Source: Octopus vulgaris (lineage: Eukaryota). Taken from it: DNA of 64,000 nt. Both the position numbers and the translations under genes were made by a program. Location: positions 7,998,001-8,062,000 of the forward strand of contig OX597830.1 of assembly GCA_951406725.2 (NCBI GenBank), read 5' to 3'. Positions 42,500 to 53,090 of the stretch are shown piece by piece (the stretch's first letter is position 1; each line of letters begins with the position of its first letter). Under the pieces are notes generated by a model. It ran no database searches, was not told the origin of the DNA, and was given only the letters and a program-made list of their open reading frames with translations.

Positions 42500-42574
42500 T
42501 AAAGGAATTGTATTAACATATTCGTTCAACTCCATTTATTTATTTATTCATATATATATATATATATGTGCGTG

Positions 42575-42782
<208 letters not shown>

Positions 42783-42925
42783 ACAGGCGCAGGAGTGGAT
42801 GTGTGGTAAGTAGCTTGCTTACCAAAGATGGCCGTATTTCTTCTAGCGCTGACTCAAGCCGCTTAAGCTGCTCGCATTAGATCTGCTTTCTTATCGTTTG
42901 GTTTGGGTTTAAAAGTTTACAGTGG

Positions 42926-43316
42926 ACACACTCATTCTCTGCGCAGGATTAGACTCGGAAAGCTTGTGAGGAACCCATTGACACAATTTAATGACTTTTC
43001 CGATGGCATGGAGGTGTCTATGAATGGTTGAAAGACCAAATTCAAGCTTCTCTGTTAGTTCCTCAACAATTACGATGGGATTTTGTTCCACCTTGGTTTG
43101 TAGGACGTCCTCGTCGTGATCTACAAATCTTACAGAACGAGGCTCGTCTTTTCGGCTGTATTTTCCGGCTCGGAATCTCTGGAACCACCATTGACACTGG
43201 CTTACAGTTATTGTCCGATCCCCATATACTGCATTGATATTCCTTGCACTTTCTGTTGCGTTCTTGCCTTTATTGAACTCATAAAGCAAAATATGCCGAA
43301 TATGCTCCTTTGTCAC
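42926..43316 (-). pseudogene. Fragment of the same mariner family transposase (N-terminal HTH region), next to the PLE left junction
   Basis: KEHIRHILLYEFNKGKNATESARNINAVYGDRTI...WVPHKLSE closely matches 52065-52430. Confidence 0.88.
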
Positions 43317-43341
43317 TTACGTTGTGTGTGTGTATATATAT

Positions 43342-45513
43342 AAAGGACTGAAATTCACACCTACACCAACAGCCAACCACCAAGAATTAAAGGAGGATAT
43401 CCAAAAATTCTGTCGAAAATTACGACTTGTAGAATTCTTCGCTAACAAAAGTAATGAGATTGATGAATCCCTAGTAAGGAATAAATCAAATTTCACCCCA
43501 CCAAAAGGAAGAAATAACTACCTTGACCAATACATTGATATCCTGTCTAAATTTCCCCTTAGACGCAATACCAATGTTAGGCCAAACATTAGCAAATCAG
43601 AGATGTCTGCATGTAAACGTATACAAAACGATCAAACAATAATAATTAAACAAGCAGATAAAGGTGGTGCAATTGTTATTATGGATACCGAATACTATAA
43701 GGATTTGGTTGAAGACCAACTGAAGGATACAACCTTCTATTGTGAAATACCCGCAAATATAGACCACCACATCATGAAAAAGATCAACAACCTGATTTCA
43801 ACACACCACAACTCACTTACGGATAATGAAAAAGACTACATCACCAATTTTGAACCAAAACCCAGCAACTTCTACGGCTTACCAAAAATACACAAATCAA
43901 AAAACATTCAACAGGCAGTAAAAGAACAAGAAAGTGAGTACATAAAATTATTACATCCAAAAGACCTAAAACTTAGACCTATTATAGCTGGTCCAGCATG
44001 CCCTACACACCGTCTAAGCAATTTTATTGACATTGTTTTGAAACCACTATGTACTTACATACCAAGTTTCATCAGGGATGACATCGACTTCCTGTCCCAT
44101 CTTCCCAAAACAACAGAAACAAATTCAGTTTTGCTAAGTTTTGATGTGGTAAGCCTCTACACCAATATTCCACACGATTTAGGAATAAAGGCGATTAAAT
44201 ACTGGTTAGAAAAACATAGAGAAGTGATTCCCAGCAGATTCACAGTGGCATTTATATTAGACACAGTCAAACTTATTCTAGAAAATAACACATTCTTCTT
44301 CAATGGAAAGAATTACATCCAAATTAGAGGCACGGCGATGGGAACGAGGTTTGCTCCCGTTTACGCCAACTCTGTAATGGGATACTTAGAAGAACAACTC
44401 TACCAAGAGGTGGAGGTAAACTATGGCACTGGATTTAGAAAGTATATTGAAAAGGCATGGAAGAGATACCTAGACGACTGTTTCATAATCTGGACAGAAT
44501 CTCTAAATACTCTGGAAGAGTTCAATATCCTCCTGAACAAACTACACCCATCTCTCAAATTTACAAAGGAGATGAGTAGTACCAAATTACCATTCCTGGA
44601 TATAATGGTAATTAAAAATGACACCACCATCACCACAGATATATACTATAAACACACAGACACACATCAATACCTAAATTTTAAGTCGTGCCATCCACCA
44701 CATACAAAACGTAACATCCCATACTGCCTAGCCAGAAGAATTTGTACTATTGTAGAAGATGCAAATATCAGGAACAAACGCCTAATAGAACTAAGAGAAT
44801 TTTTGCTCAAACAAAAATACCCATCTCTACTTATAGAAAATGGCATACAGCGGGCTATAAAAATACCTATACAACAACTTAGGACAACCCAAGGAAGAGG
44901 AAAACAAGAACAAGTCATACCATTCATAGTGACACACAACCCATGTCACCAGAATATCTTCAACATTGCCAAAGCAAACCTTCCAATCATTGCCCAAAGT
45001 AATGAATTAAAAGACATAATCAAGGATCGAGCTATGGTGCTTAGTAAAAGACAGCCTAAAAACTTGAAAACATTACTAACAAAGGCAAAATTTGACCTCA
45101 GCAACAAAGACCAAACATTCACGGTATCTAAATGCAATGATAGCCGATGTGGCACATGCCAATTCATACATACCGGTCAATATATAAACACAAAAACCGG
45201 GAAAATATTCACAAACGCGAATATGAACTGCAAAAGCAGAAATTTAATTTACTGCATCAAATGCCCAAATTGTGAAGAAATATATGTAGGTCAGACGGGA
45301 AACGCACTATTAGAACGCTCACGTGTACACCGGCAACAGATTAGAGACCCAGAGGTCCGTCAGATACCTTTGAGTAACCACCTAGCAACATGTGGTCGGA
45401 AAATATATATAATATTTCCATTCTACAAATTACACAGCCCAAGTGAAATCGAGAGGAAAATCAGAGAAAAGAATTTTATTGATAAATTCGAACCCAAGCT
45501 AAATAAGCAATAA
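43342..45513 (+). CDS. 5'-truncated upstream copy of the PLE RT-EN ORF
   Basis: Same sequence as 47613-49784. Begins abruptly at KGLKFTP; the MCVYIY prefix in the ORF track comes from the flanking microsatellite. Confidence 0.85.
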   Translation, partial: KGLKFTPTPTANHQELKEDIQKFCRKLRLVEFFANKSNEIDESLVRNKSNFTPPKGRNNYLDQYIDILSKFPLRRNTNVRPNISKSEMSACKRIQNDQTIIIKQADKGGAIVIMDTEYYKDLVEDQLKDTTFYCEIPANIDHHIMKKINNLISTHHNSLTDNEKDYITNFEPKPSNFYGLPKIHKSKNIQQAVKEQESEYIKLLHPKDLKLRPIIAGPACPTHRLSNFIDIVLKPLCTYIPSFIRDDIDFLSHLPKTTETNSVLLSFDVVSLYTNIPHDLGIKAIKYWLEKHREVIPSRFTVAFILDTVKLILENNTFFFNGKNYIQIRGTAMGTRFAPVYANSVMGYLEEQLYQEVEVNYGTGFRKYIEKAWKRYLDDCFIIWTESLNTLEEFNILLNKLHPSLKFTKEMSSTKLPFLDIMVIKNDTTITTDIYYKHTDTHQYLNFKSCHPPHTKRNIPYCLARRICTIVEDANIRNKRLIELREFLLKQKYPSLLIENGIQRAIKIPIQQLRTTQGRGKQEQVIPFIVTHNPCHQNIFNIAKANLPIIAQSNELKDIIKDRAMVLSKRQPKNLKTLLTKAKFDLSNKDQTFTVSKCNDSRCGTCQFIHTGQYINTKTGKIFTNANMNCKSRNLIYCIKCPNCEEIYVGQTGNALLERSRVHRQQIRDPEVRQIPLSNHLATCGRKIYIIFPFYKLHSPSEIERKIREKNFIDKFEPKLNKQ

Positions 45514-45830
45514 TAATAATACTTAGAGGTATTACTTCCACTGCTACGACCATGACCACTAACAACAACAACAATACTAAAGGTGATCAAGACGAAGATA
45601 GCAGGAAAATTATCTTATTTAGGGTTAAAAGTTCTATTGCCACCACCATCACCACTAGCAACAATAATTAAGGTGCTGACAATGATGATGATGACAATTG
45701 AAATATAAAAATATAAAAATCTCTGACAAAGGATATTTACAACATTTCTAAAAATAACCCAACAATTGCTGCTTCGGCCAGGGTCAAGATACAGGACTCT
45801 TGACCTGTCCAACAAAGCGTGATGCCTAAA

Positions 45831-45945
45831 CCAATCAGCTCAACCAACCAATCAGCTTAAGTAATTGAGTGATACTACACACTGATTGGTCAGAATACAG
45901 TTTGCAAAACCTAGCACTCTGGAGCCTACCCAGCTGTATTTATAG
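45831..45945 (+). promoter_or_regulatory. Putative PLE internal promoter in the pseudo-LTR (second copy at 50102-50216)
   Basis: Two CCAATCAGC boxes, one reverse CTGATTGG and a TATTTATAG TATA-like box, upstream of the HHR and ORF1. Confidence 0.5.
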
Positions 45946-46007
45946 CACAGAATCACTCATCTTGCTACAGTCAAAAATTGTGAAGCATGACTGTCAACAC
46001 TACTACA

Positions 46008-46052
46008 TGAACCCGAAGATTGCAGAATTCAATGCATGAAAGTACTAGTTCA
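46008..46052 (+). ncRNA. Minimal type I hammerhead ribozyme (U4C core variant) in the PLE pseudo-LTR
   Basis: TGAAC-CCGAAGA-tTGCA gaattcaa TGCAt-GAAA-GTAC-T-A-GTTCA. 5-bp stem I, 4-bp stem II, palindromic stem III (AGTACT) as in PLE minimal HHRs. Confidence 0.75.
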
Positions 46053-46257
46053 ATCAGAATGAATATTTAACATTCTACTATTTCATTTTATTTTACTCAA
46101 TTATAATATATTATCTTATAATATATCATTATAAGATTGTAAATAAAACGTGAAAATCAGACAAGGTTGGAATTCTTTTTATTAATATATTCTTCTATAC
46201 ACAATCACACACACCCATATATATATATATCTATATTCCTATTGTGTATATGCCAAC

Positions 46258-47550
46258 ATGTCTGGAAAGCAACAAACAAAATTAACAGAATCCGAAAGAA
46301 TTCTAATGGAAATTTCATCGAAATTATCAACACTCATCACGATGATTGACACACAATCCTCTATTTTAAAGGAAATAGAAAAACAGTCTACAGACGGAAA
46401 ACTTGGAAATGAACACATAAACTCTGAAATTAAGAATTTAGCTGAAATGATACCAACAATTATAAAATCTACAAGAGAAAGCCTACCACAACCTCCTTGG
46501 ATGTCAGAAATAAACGAAAGAAATCTGGAAAAAGAGGCACACCGAAAAAGAGAAGAGATACAGAAGACATGGAAAAAACTCCTTAACATAAGAAAACAAA
46601 ACTTCTGGAAGGCATATAAATGCGAAAAATATGCTGAAATACATTCGAAATGGATATCTTTAGCGGCACCCATACTTCCTCGGAAGTACCTAATTAAAGA
46701 AATTGCAGGAGAACCAGAGGAAGAAACTAAACTTCGATGGGACCTTAGTTTGATAAAATTCAGGACCGACATCTCCATTACCCTGTCTAAACAATCCCGC
46801 TACAAAGCCAAATACGAAGCTATCGATGATCAAATCAGAGATGAAATATCCAAACTAACGACCGGCAATATAGCAGAAAAAATGCGAGAACTATGGATCA
46901 GAGATATCTCAAAAGAAGAAAGCAGATCAAGAAAGTTTTGGCAGCGGAAACAATTATTTCTCGACAAATATGCTACAAATTACGGTAAAGACACCAGAAC
47001 TCCGAGAAATAGCATTAAAAGTGGACAACCTCACCAACGCAACATACACCAGAACACGTGGCAACATGAACACCCGTTTCACCACGAATCGAAGACGAAC
47101 TACGGTAAGAACTCTTCCCATTTTGTATGCAAACACCCTAATGCACACAACATGAACAAAAAGCACAAACAAAATAGATATTGTTTTGAACAAACCATTA
47201 GCAGTAGAAATAACAGGAGATCATTTTCAAGACCTCAACAGAGATTACCCACAAGAAACTGGACAAAAAACCGATCTAGATCTAGAAGTAAACCCAGATC
47301 ATTTCTCCAGGTGGTTAAAAACAATGCTAACAAGAAATTGAAAAGTAGCATACATAATACCAAAAACAAGACAGAAAACATAACGAAACCAAGTAAAGTA
47401 CCACAACCAAAACGCAAAATTCATCAAGCAAACATCAACAGGAATATAAATCATAACCAGAAAAAAATCCATTTTTTTACGTCAGGACAACAAACACCGG
47501 AGAAAGAAAAAATCCAAGAGGAAACATACCCCAAACAACTGAACGTATAG
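46258..47550 (+). CDS. PLE ORF1, 430 aa: helical/coiled-coil-like N-terminal part and basic N/K/R/S-rich C-terminal part
   Basis: Long uninterrupted, non-microsatellite ORF starting 22 nt after the pseudo-LTR end. It overlaps ORF2 by 94 nt in the -1 frame and has the same A-rich strand bias as ORF2. Confidence 0.8.
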   Translation: MSGKQQTKLTESERILMEISSKLSTLITMIDTQSSILKEIEKQSTDGKLGNEHINSEIKNLAEMIPTIIKSTRESLPQPPWMSEINERNLEKEAHRKREEIQKTWKKLLNIRKQNFWKAYKCEKYAEIHSKWISLAAPILPRKYLIKEIAGEPEEETKLRWDLSLIKFRTDISITLSKQSRYKAKYEAIDDQIRDEISKLTTGNIAEKMRELWIRDISKEESRSRKFWQRKQLFLDKYATNYGKDTRTPRNSIKSGQPHQRNIHQNTWQHEHPFHHESKTNYGKNSSHFVCKHPNAHNMNKKHKQNRYCFEQTISSRNNRRSFSRPQQRLPTRNWTKNRSRSRSKPRSFLQVVKNNANKKLKSSIHNTKNKTENITKPSKVPQPKRKIHQANINRNINHNQKKIHFFTSGQQTPEKEKIQEETYPKQLNV

Positions 47551-49784
47551 ATCCTAAAATAATTAATTTATCAAAAAGAGATCTTGACAATGATGAAATC
47601 CAACTTCTGTCAAAAGGACTGAAATTCACACCTACACCAACAGCCAACCACCAAGAATTAAAGGAGGATATCCAAAAATTCTGTCGAAAATTACGACTTG
47701 TAGAATTCTTCGCTAACAAAAGTAATGAGATTGATGAATCCCTAGTAAGGAATAAATCAAATTTCACCCCACCAAAAGGAAGAAATAACTACCTTGACCA
47801 ATACATTGATATCCTGTCTAAATTTCCCCTTAGACGCAATACCAATGTTAGGCCAAACATTAGCAAATCAGAGATGTCTGCATGTAAACGTATACAAAAC
47901 GATCAAACAATAATAATTAAACAAGCAGATAAAGGTGGTGCAATTGTTATTATGGATACCGAATACTATAAGGATTTGGTTGAAGACCAACTGAAGGATA
48001 CAACCTTCTATTGTGAAATACCCGCAAATATAGACCACCACATCATGAAAAAGATCAACAACCTGATTTCAACACACCACAACTCACTTACGGATAATGA
48101 AAAAGACTACATCACCAATTTTGAACCAAAACCCAGCAACTTCTACGGCTTACCAAAAATACACAAATCAAAAAACATTCAACAGGCAGTAAAAGAACAA
48201 GAAAGTGAGTACATAAAATTATTACATCCAAAAGACCTAAAACTTAGACCTATTATAGCTGGTCCAGCATGCCCTACACACCGTCTAAGCAATTTTATTG
48301 ACATTGTTTTGAAACCACTATGTACTTACATACCAAGTTTCATCAGGGATGACATCGACTTCCTGTCCCATCTTCCCAAAACAACAGAAACAAATTCAGT
48401 TTTGCTAAGTTTTGATGTGGTAAGCCTCTACACCAATATTCCACACGATTTAGGAATAAAGGCGATTAAATACTGGTTAGAAAAACATAGAGAAGTGATT
48501 CCCAGCAGATTCACAGTGGCATTTATATTAGACACAGTCAAACTTATTCTAGAAAATAACACATTCTTCTTCAATGGAAAGAATTACATCCAAATTAGAG
48601 GCACGGCGATGGGAACGAGGTTTGCTCCCGTTTACGCCAACTCTGTAATGGGATACTTAGAAGAACAACTCTACCAAGAGGTGGAGGTAAACTATGGCAC
48701 TGGATTTAGAAAGTATATTGAAAAGGCATGGAAGAGATACCTAGACGACTGTTTCATAATCTGGACAGAATCTCTAAATACTCTGGAAGAGTTCAATATC
48801 CTCCTGAACAAACTACACCCATCTCTCAAATTTACAAAGGAGATGAGTAGTACCAAATTACCATTCCTGGATATAATGGTAATTAAAAATGACACCACCA
48901 TCACCACAGATATATACTATAAACACACAGACACACATCAATACCTAAATTTTAAGTCGTGCCATCCACCACATACAAAACGTAACATCCCATACTGCCT
49001 AGCCAGAAGAATTTGTACTATTGTAGAAGATGCAAATATCAGGAACAAACGCCTAATAGAACTAAGAGAATTTTTGCTCAAACAAAAATACCCATCTCTA
49101 CTTATAGAAAATGGCATACAGCGGGCTATAAAAATACCTATACAACAACTTAGGACAACCCAAGGAAGAGGAAAACAAGAACAAGTCATACCATTCATAG
49201 TGACACACAACCCATGTCACCAGAATATCTTCAACATTGCCAAAGCAAACCTTCCAATCATTGCCCAAAGTAATGAATTAAAAGACATAATCAAGGATCG
49301 AGCTATGGTGCTTAGTAAAAGACAGCCTAAAAACTTGAAAACATTACTAACAAAGGCAAAATTTGACCTCAGCAACAAAGACCAAACATTCACGGTATCT
49401 AAATGCAATGATAGCCGATGTGGCACATGCCAATTCATACATACCGGTCAATATATAAACACAAAAACCGGGAAAATATTCACAAACGCGAATATGAACT
49501 GCAAAAGCAGAAATTTAATTTACTGCATCAAATGCCCAAATTGTGAAGAAATATATGTAGGTCAGACGGGAAACGCACTATTAGAACGCTCACGTGTACA
49601 CCGGCAACAGATTAGAGACCCAGAGGTCCGTCAGATACCTTTGAGTAACCACCTAGCAACATGTGGTCGGAAAATATATATAATATTTCCATTCTACAAA
49701 TTACACAGCCCAAGTGAAATCGAGAGGAAAATCAGAGAAAAGAATTTTATTGATAAATTCGAACCCAAGCTAAATAAGCAATAA
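47457..49784 (+). CDS. PLE ORF2: reverse transcriptase + Cys-rich linker + GIY-YIG endonuclease (frame open from 47457; first ATG only at 47874)
   Basis: Conserved PLE N-terminal motif IINLSKRDLDNDEIQLLSKGLKFTP lies upstream of the first ATG. Further motifs: DKGG, FYGLPKIHK, LRPII, SFDVVSLYTNIP, QIRGTAMG, RYLDDCF, LPFLD, YLNFKSCHP. Linker CNDSRCGTC. EN motifs LIYCIKCPNCEEIYVGQTG...ER...H...REKNFI. Confidence 0.93.
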   Translation, partial: PEKNPFFYVRTTNTGERKNPRGNIPQTTERIDPKIINLSKRDLDNDEIQLLSKGLKFTPTPTANHQELKEDIQKFCRKLRLVEFFANKSNEIDESLVRNKSNFTPPKGRNNYLDQYIDILSKFPLRRNTNVRPNISKSEMSACKRIQNDQTIIIKQADKGGAIVIMDTEYYKDLVEDQLKDTTFYCEIPANIDHHIMKKINNLISTHHNSLTDNEKDYITNFEPKPSNFYGLPKIHKSKNIQQAVKEQESEYIKLLHPKDLKLRPIIAGPACPTHRLSNFIDIVLKPLCTYIPSFIRDDIDFLSHLPKTTETNSVLLSFDVVSLYTNIPHDLGIKAIKYWLEKHREVIPSRFTVAFILDTVKLILENNTFFFNGKNYIQIRGTAMGTRFAPVYANSVMGYLEEQLYQEVEVNYGTGFRKYIEKAWKRYLDDCFIIWTESLNTLEEFNILLNKLHPSLKFTKEMSSTKLPFLDIMVIKNDTTITTDIYYKHTDTHQYLNFKSCHPPHTKRNIPYCLARRICTIVEDANIRNKRLIELREFLLKQKYPSLLIENGIQRAIKIPIQQLRTTQGRGKQEQVIPFIVTHNPCHQNIFNIAKANLPIIAQSNELKDIIKDRAMVLSKRQPKNLKTLLTKAKFDLSNKDQTFTVSKCNDSRCGTCQFIHTGQYINTKTGKIFTNANMNCKSRNLIYCIKCPNCEEIYVGQTGNALLERSRVHRQQIRDPEVRQIPLSNHLATCGRKIYIIFPFYKLHSPSEIERKIREKNFIDKFEPKLNKQ

Positions 49785-50278
49785 TAATAATACTTAGAGG
49801 TATTACTTCCACTGCTACGACCATGACCACTAACAACAACAACAATACTAAAGGTGATCAAGACGAAGATAGCAGGAAAATTATCTTATTTAGGGTTAAA
49901 AGTTCTATTGCCACCACCATCACCACTAGCAACAATAATTAAGGTGCTGACAATGATGATGATGACAATTGAAATATAAAAATATAAAAATCTCTGACAA
50001 AGGATATTTACAACATTTCTAAAAATAACCCAACAATTGCTGCTTCGGCCAGGGTCAAGATACAGGACTCTTGACCTGTCCAACAAAGCGTGATGCCTAA
50101 ACCAATCAGCTCAACCAACCAATCAGCTTAAGTAATTGAGTGATACTACACACTGATTGGTCAGAATACAGTTTGCAAAACCTAGCACTCTGGAGCCTAC
50201 CCAGCTGTATTTATAGCACAGAATCACTCATCTTGCTACAGTCAAAAATTGTGAAGCATGACTGTCAACACTACTACA

Positions 50279-50323
50279 TGAACCCGAAGATTGCAGAATT
50301 CAATGCATGAAAGTACTAGTTCA
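50279..50323 (+). ncRNA. Second copy of the PLE minimal hammerhead ribozyme
   Basis: Same sequence as 46008-46052, offset 4271. Confidence 0.75.
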
Positions 50324-50525
50324 ATCAGAATGAATATTTAACATTCTACTATTTCATTTTATTTTACTCAATTATAATATATTATCTTATAATATATCAT
50401 TATAAGATTGTAAATAAAACGTGAAAATCAGACAAGGTTGGAATTCTTTTTATTAATATATTCTTCTATACACAATCACACACACCCATATATATATATA
50501 TCTATATATATATATATATATATAC

Positions 50526-50645
50526 TGGCTTGCTCGCTTAGCCAGCGGGGTGGCGTCATTCGAAGGCTAAAACAATGCGAACGCATTGTGACCAGCGATG
50601 TGTAACAACATCTGATGGTCTGGTCGGTCACGTGATCACGTGATA
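50526..50645 (+). repeat. Short interspersed repeat (second copy at 21050-21170)
   Basis: TGGCGTCATTCGAAGGCTAAAAC...GTCTGGTCGGTCACGTGATCACGTGATATA occurs twice in the window. Confidence 0.7.
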
Positions 50646-51506
50646 TACATATATATACACACGCACACACACACATATATATACACCCACACATATACAC
50701 ATTCCATGTCAAGTCTATGAAGTGCTACACAAATGTTAAGAGGTGGCCACATGGCAGAGCAGCGTACAAAGGCGTAGTGGTATATCTATTGTTCATGCTG
50801 TTGTTGTTGTTATTTAGCCCCAGGCTACCACCCCGATCCTGTAGACTTATGATCAAAGATACAGGATCCATATATACGCCGTCTTTGACCCATAAGGAAC
50901 AAACCCCAAGGCTATATTATTTCCATATATGCATTGTTAAGGTATTGAGGTGCGATTTGGGGGCGATTATGTGTGGTAGCTGTGTCTAGTGCGGTAGAAG
51001 TAGTGGTGGTGGTGGTGGTGGTGGTTGTGGTGGTGGTGAGAGGATAATGATGGTGGTAGTAGTGGAGGTGGGGGTGAGAGCCGATGTGATTTTATAAGAG
51101 AGAAACGCTGAAGAGTGGACAATGGACATCATTACCTCCACTAACGCTGTCCACCAATCTTCTTCAAACCATCCTGATTTACCGGAAGTTAGGCAGATTT
51201 TATCTTCATTAGCAAAGAGCCAAATAGAAAACCAATTATTTAATTATATTTTTTCCTCAAAAACCTAAGCCCCTAACATTTTTTTCCCTTTTTTCGACAA
51301 TCCAGGAAGAAATCTTATCTTGTTTGTTTTTATTTTAATTTTTCATATATGCTGCTTCTTTATTTCTTCCCTAAAATCACCTTCTTCTTGTTATTTCCTT
51401 CCCAAATCCCCACAAAATACACACACACTAAAGTACATCTTTCTCTCACCATCTCGTCATCGAATATTTTGCTCCTTTATTTCTTCTTTTCTCTCCTACC
51501 TCCCTT

Positions 51507-51547
<41 letters not shown>

Positions 51548-51874
51548 TTATTTTTTTATTTCCTATGTCGTCCTCGCTTTATTTTTCACCCACCACCGTC
51601 TCCCCTCCTCACACACATTTGGATCATATTCTCTCGTCTTTTTCTCTTTCATTTTCTGTATTTCATTCTTAACATCATTCTTCATTCTTTTTCTTATATC
51701 TTCTTGAACATATATATGTATGTATGTGTGGATGGATGGATAGACAGACAAACAGACAGACAGACATACAGACAGACAGATAGACACAGACAGACAGACA
51801 TATAGACAGACAGACAGACAGACAGATAGATACATACATACATACATACATACAAACATACATACATACATATA

Positions 51875-53090
51875 TTGGGTCATCCCATAAATAATGCGGT
51901 TTTTTTCAACTGCATAACTGAAAGTCGGAAGGGGGCAGGATAAAACAACCTGCATCAACTTCCTCTAAAAGCAGGTAGTAATTTTACCTTGTCCTTATTC
52001 TTAGTGCAAGTTTTGAAGAGTGCAGTTCGATTTTAACAGTTATTTTGTCAAAGCTATAATGGAAGTGGCAAAGGAGGTTATTCGGTATATTTTGCTTTAC
52101 AAGTTCAATAAAGGCAAAAACGCAACGGAAAGTGCGAGGAATATTAATGCAGTATATGGGGATCGGACAATAAGTGTAAGCCAGTGTCAATGGTGGTTCC
52201 AGAAATTCTGAGCCGGAAACTACAGTCTAAAAAACGAACGCATCCTGAAAGATCTGTAGAGCTTGACGGGGACGTCCTGCAAACCCTTGTGGAACAAAAT
52301 CCCACCGAAACTGTTGAGGAACTAGCAGAGAAGCTTGGATTTGGTCATTCAACCATTCAACTGCGTGCCATCGGAAAAGTCATTAAATTGTGTCAATGGG
52401 TTCCTCACAAACTTTCCGAGTCTAATCGCACAAAGAGTGACTGTGTGCTCTTCTTTTCTGTCACATCTCATGAATAAACCTTTTTGGACCGAAGAGTGAC
52501 TGGTGACGAGATATGGATTCTCAATAAAGATGTCAAGCGCCGAAGACAGTGGGTAGGGAAAGGAGAAACACTGGCACCCCAGGCTAAAGAAGGTTTTCAC
52601 CCACGTAAGGTGTTGTTATCTGTTTGGTGGGATATGAAAGGTTCAATCCACTTTGAACTATTAAACCCAAACCAAACGATAACAAAGGAGATTTAATGCG
52701 AGAAGCTTGAGCGGCTGAAGTCAGCGCTAGAAGAAATATGACTCTCTTTGGTTTCAAGACGAAAATTGTTCTTCTAGCAAGATAATGCTGGACCACATAC
52801 AGCGAAGATGACATTCCAAAGGTTGGAGCAGTTTGAAAGGGAAACGATACCCCATCCACCATATTCACCGGACATTACCCCATCTGATTATCATTTATTC
52901 CGCAGTCTTGAAAATCATTTATCCGGAAAAATATGAATTCTGTAGACGAGGTGAGAACAGTACTGAAGGAGTATTTTTCGTCACGGTCAAGTGAATTTTG
53001 GAAGAGGGTCTTGGCAAGGATCTTTTTTTATATTAACTTTGAAAAATATATGAGGTATAAAAAACCACATTATTTATGGGATGACCCCAA
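51875..53090 (+). mobile_element. Full-length decayed mariner (DD34D) transposon
   Basis: TIRs TTGGGTCATCCCATAAATAATGCGGTTTTTT / AAAAAACCACATTATTTATGGGATGACCCCAA, flanked by TA. Fragmented transposase from ATG 52059 with WVPHKL, VTGDEIW, QDNAGPH and HPPYSPDITPSDYHLF; contains frameshifts and stops. Confidence 0.92.

Larger units (their letters stand above)
43342..50507 (+). mobile_element. Penelope-like retroelement (Neptune-type), partial tandem: 5'-truncated copy followed by a full ORF1-ORF2 unit
   Basis: 43342-46236 is repeated at 47613-50507 (offset 4271; the overlapping translations are identical). The unique middle 46237-47612 carries ORF1. Both ends abut (TA)n. Encodes a PLE RT plus GIY-YIG endonuclease. 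Confidence 0.95.

Noticed and set aside
43324-43341. Start of the 729-aa ORF (MCVYIY)
   Set aside because: Derived from flanking (GT)n(AT)n with a TTG start; the copy is 5'-truncated at 43342.
46239-46778. Antisense ORFs within the PLE
   Set aside because: Shadow frames of an A-rich coding strand; no motifs.
46258-49784. Naiad/Chlamys-type or selenoprotein-encoding PLE
   Set aside because: The endonuclease is C-terminal and there is no in-frame TGA in either ORF.
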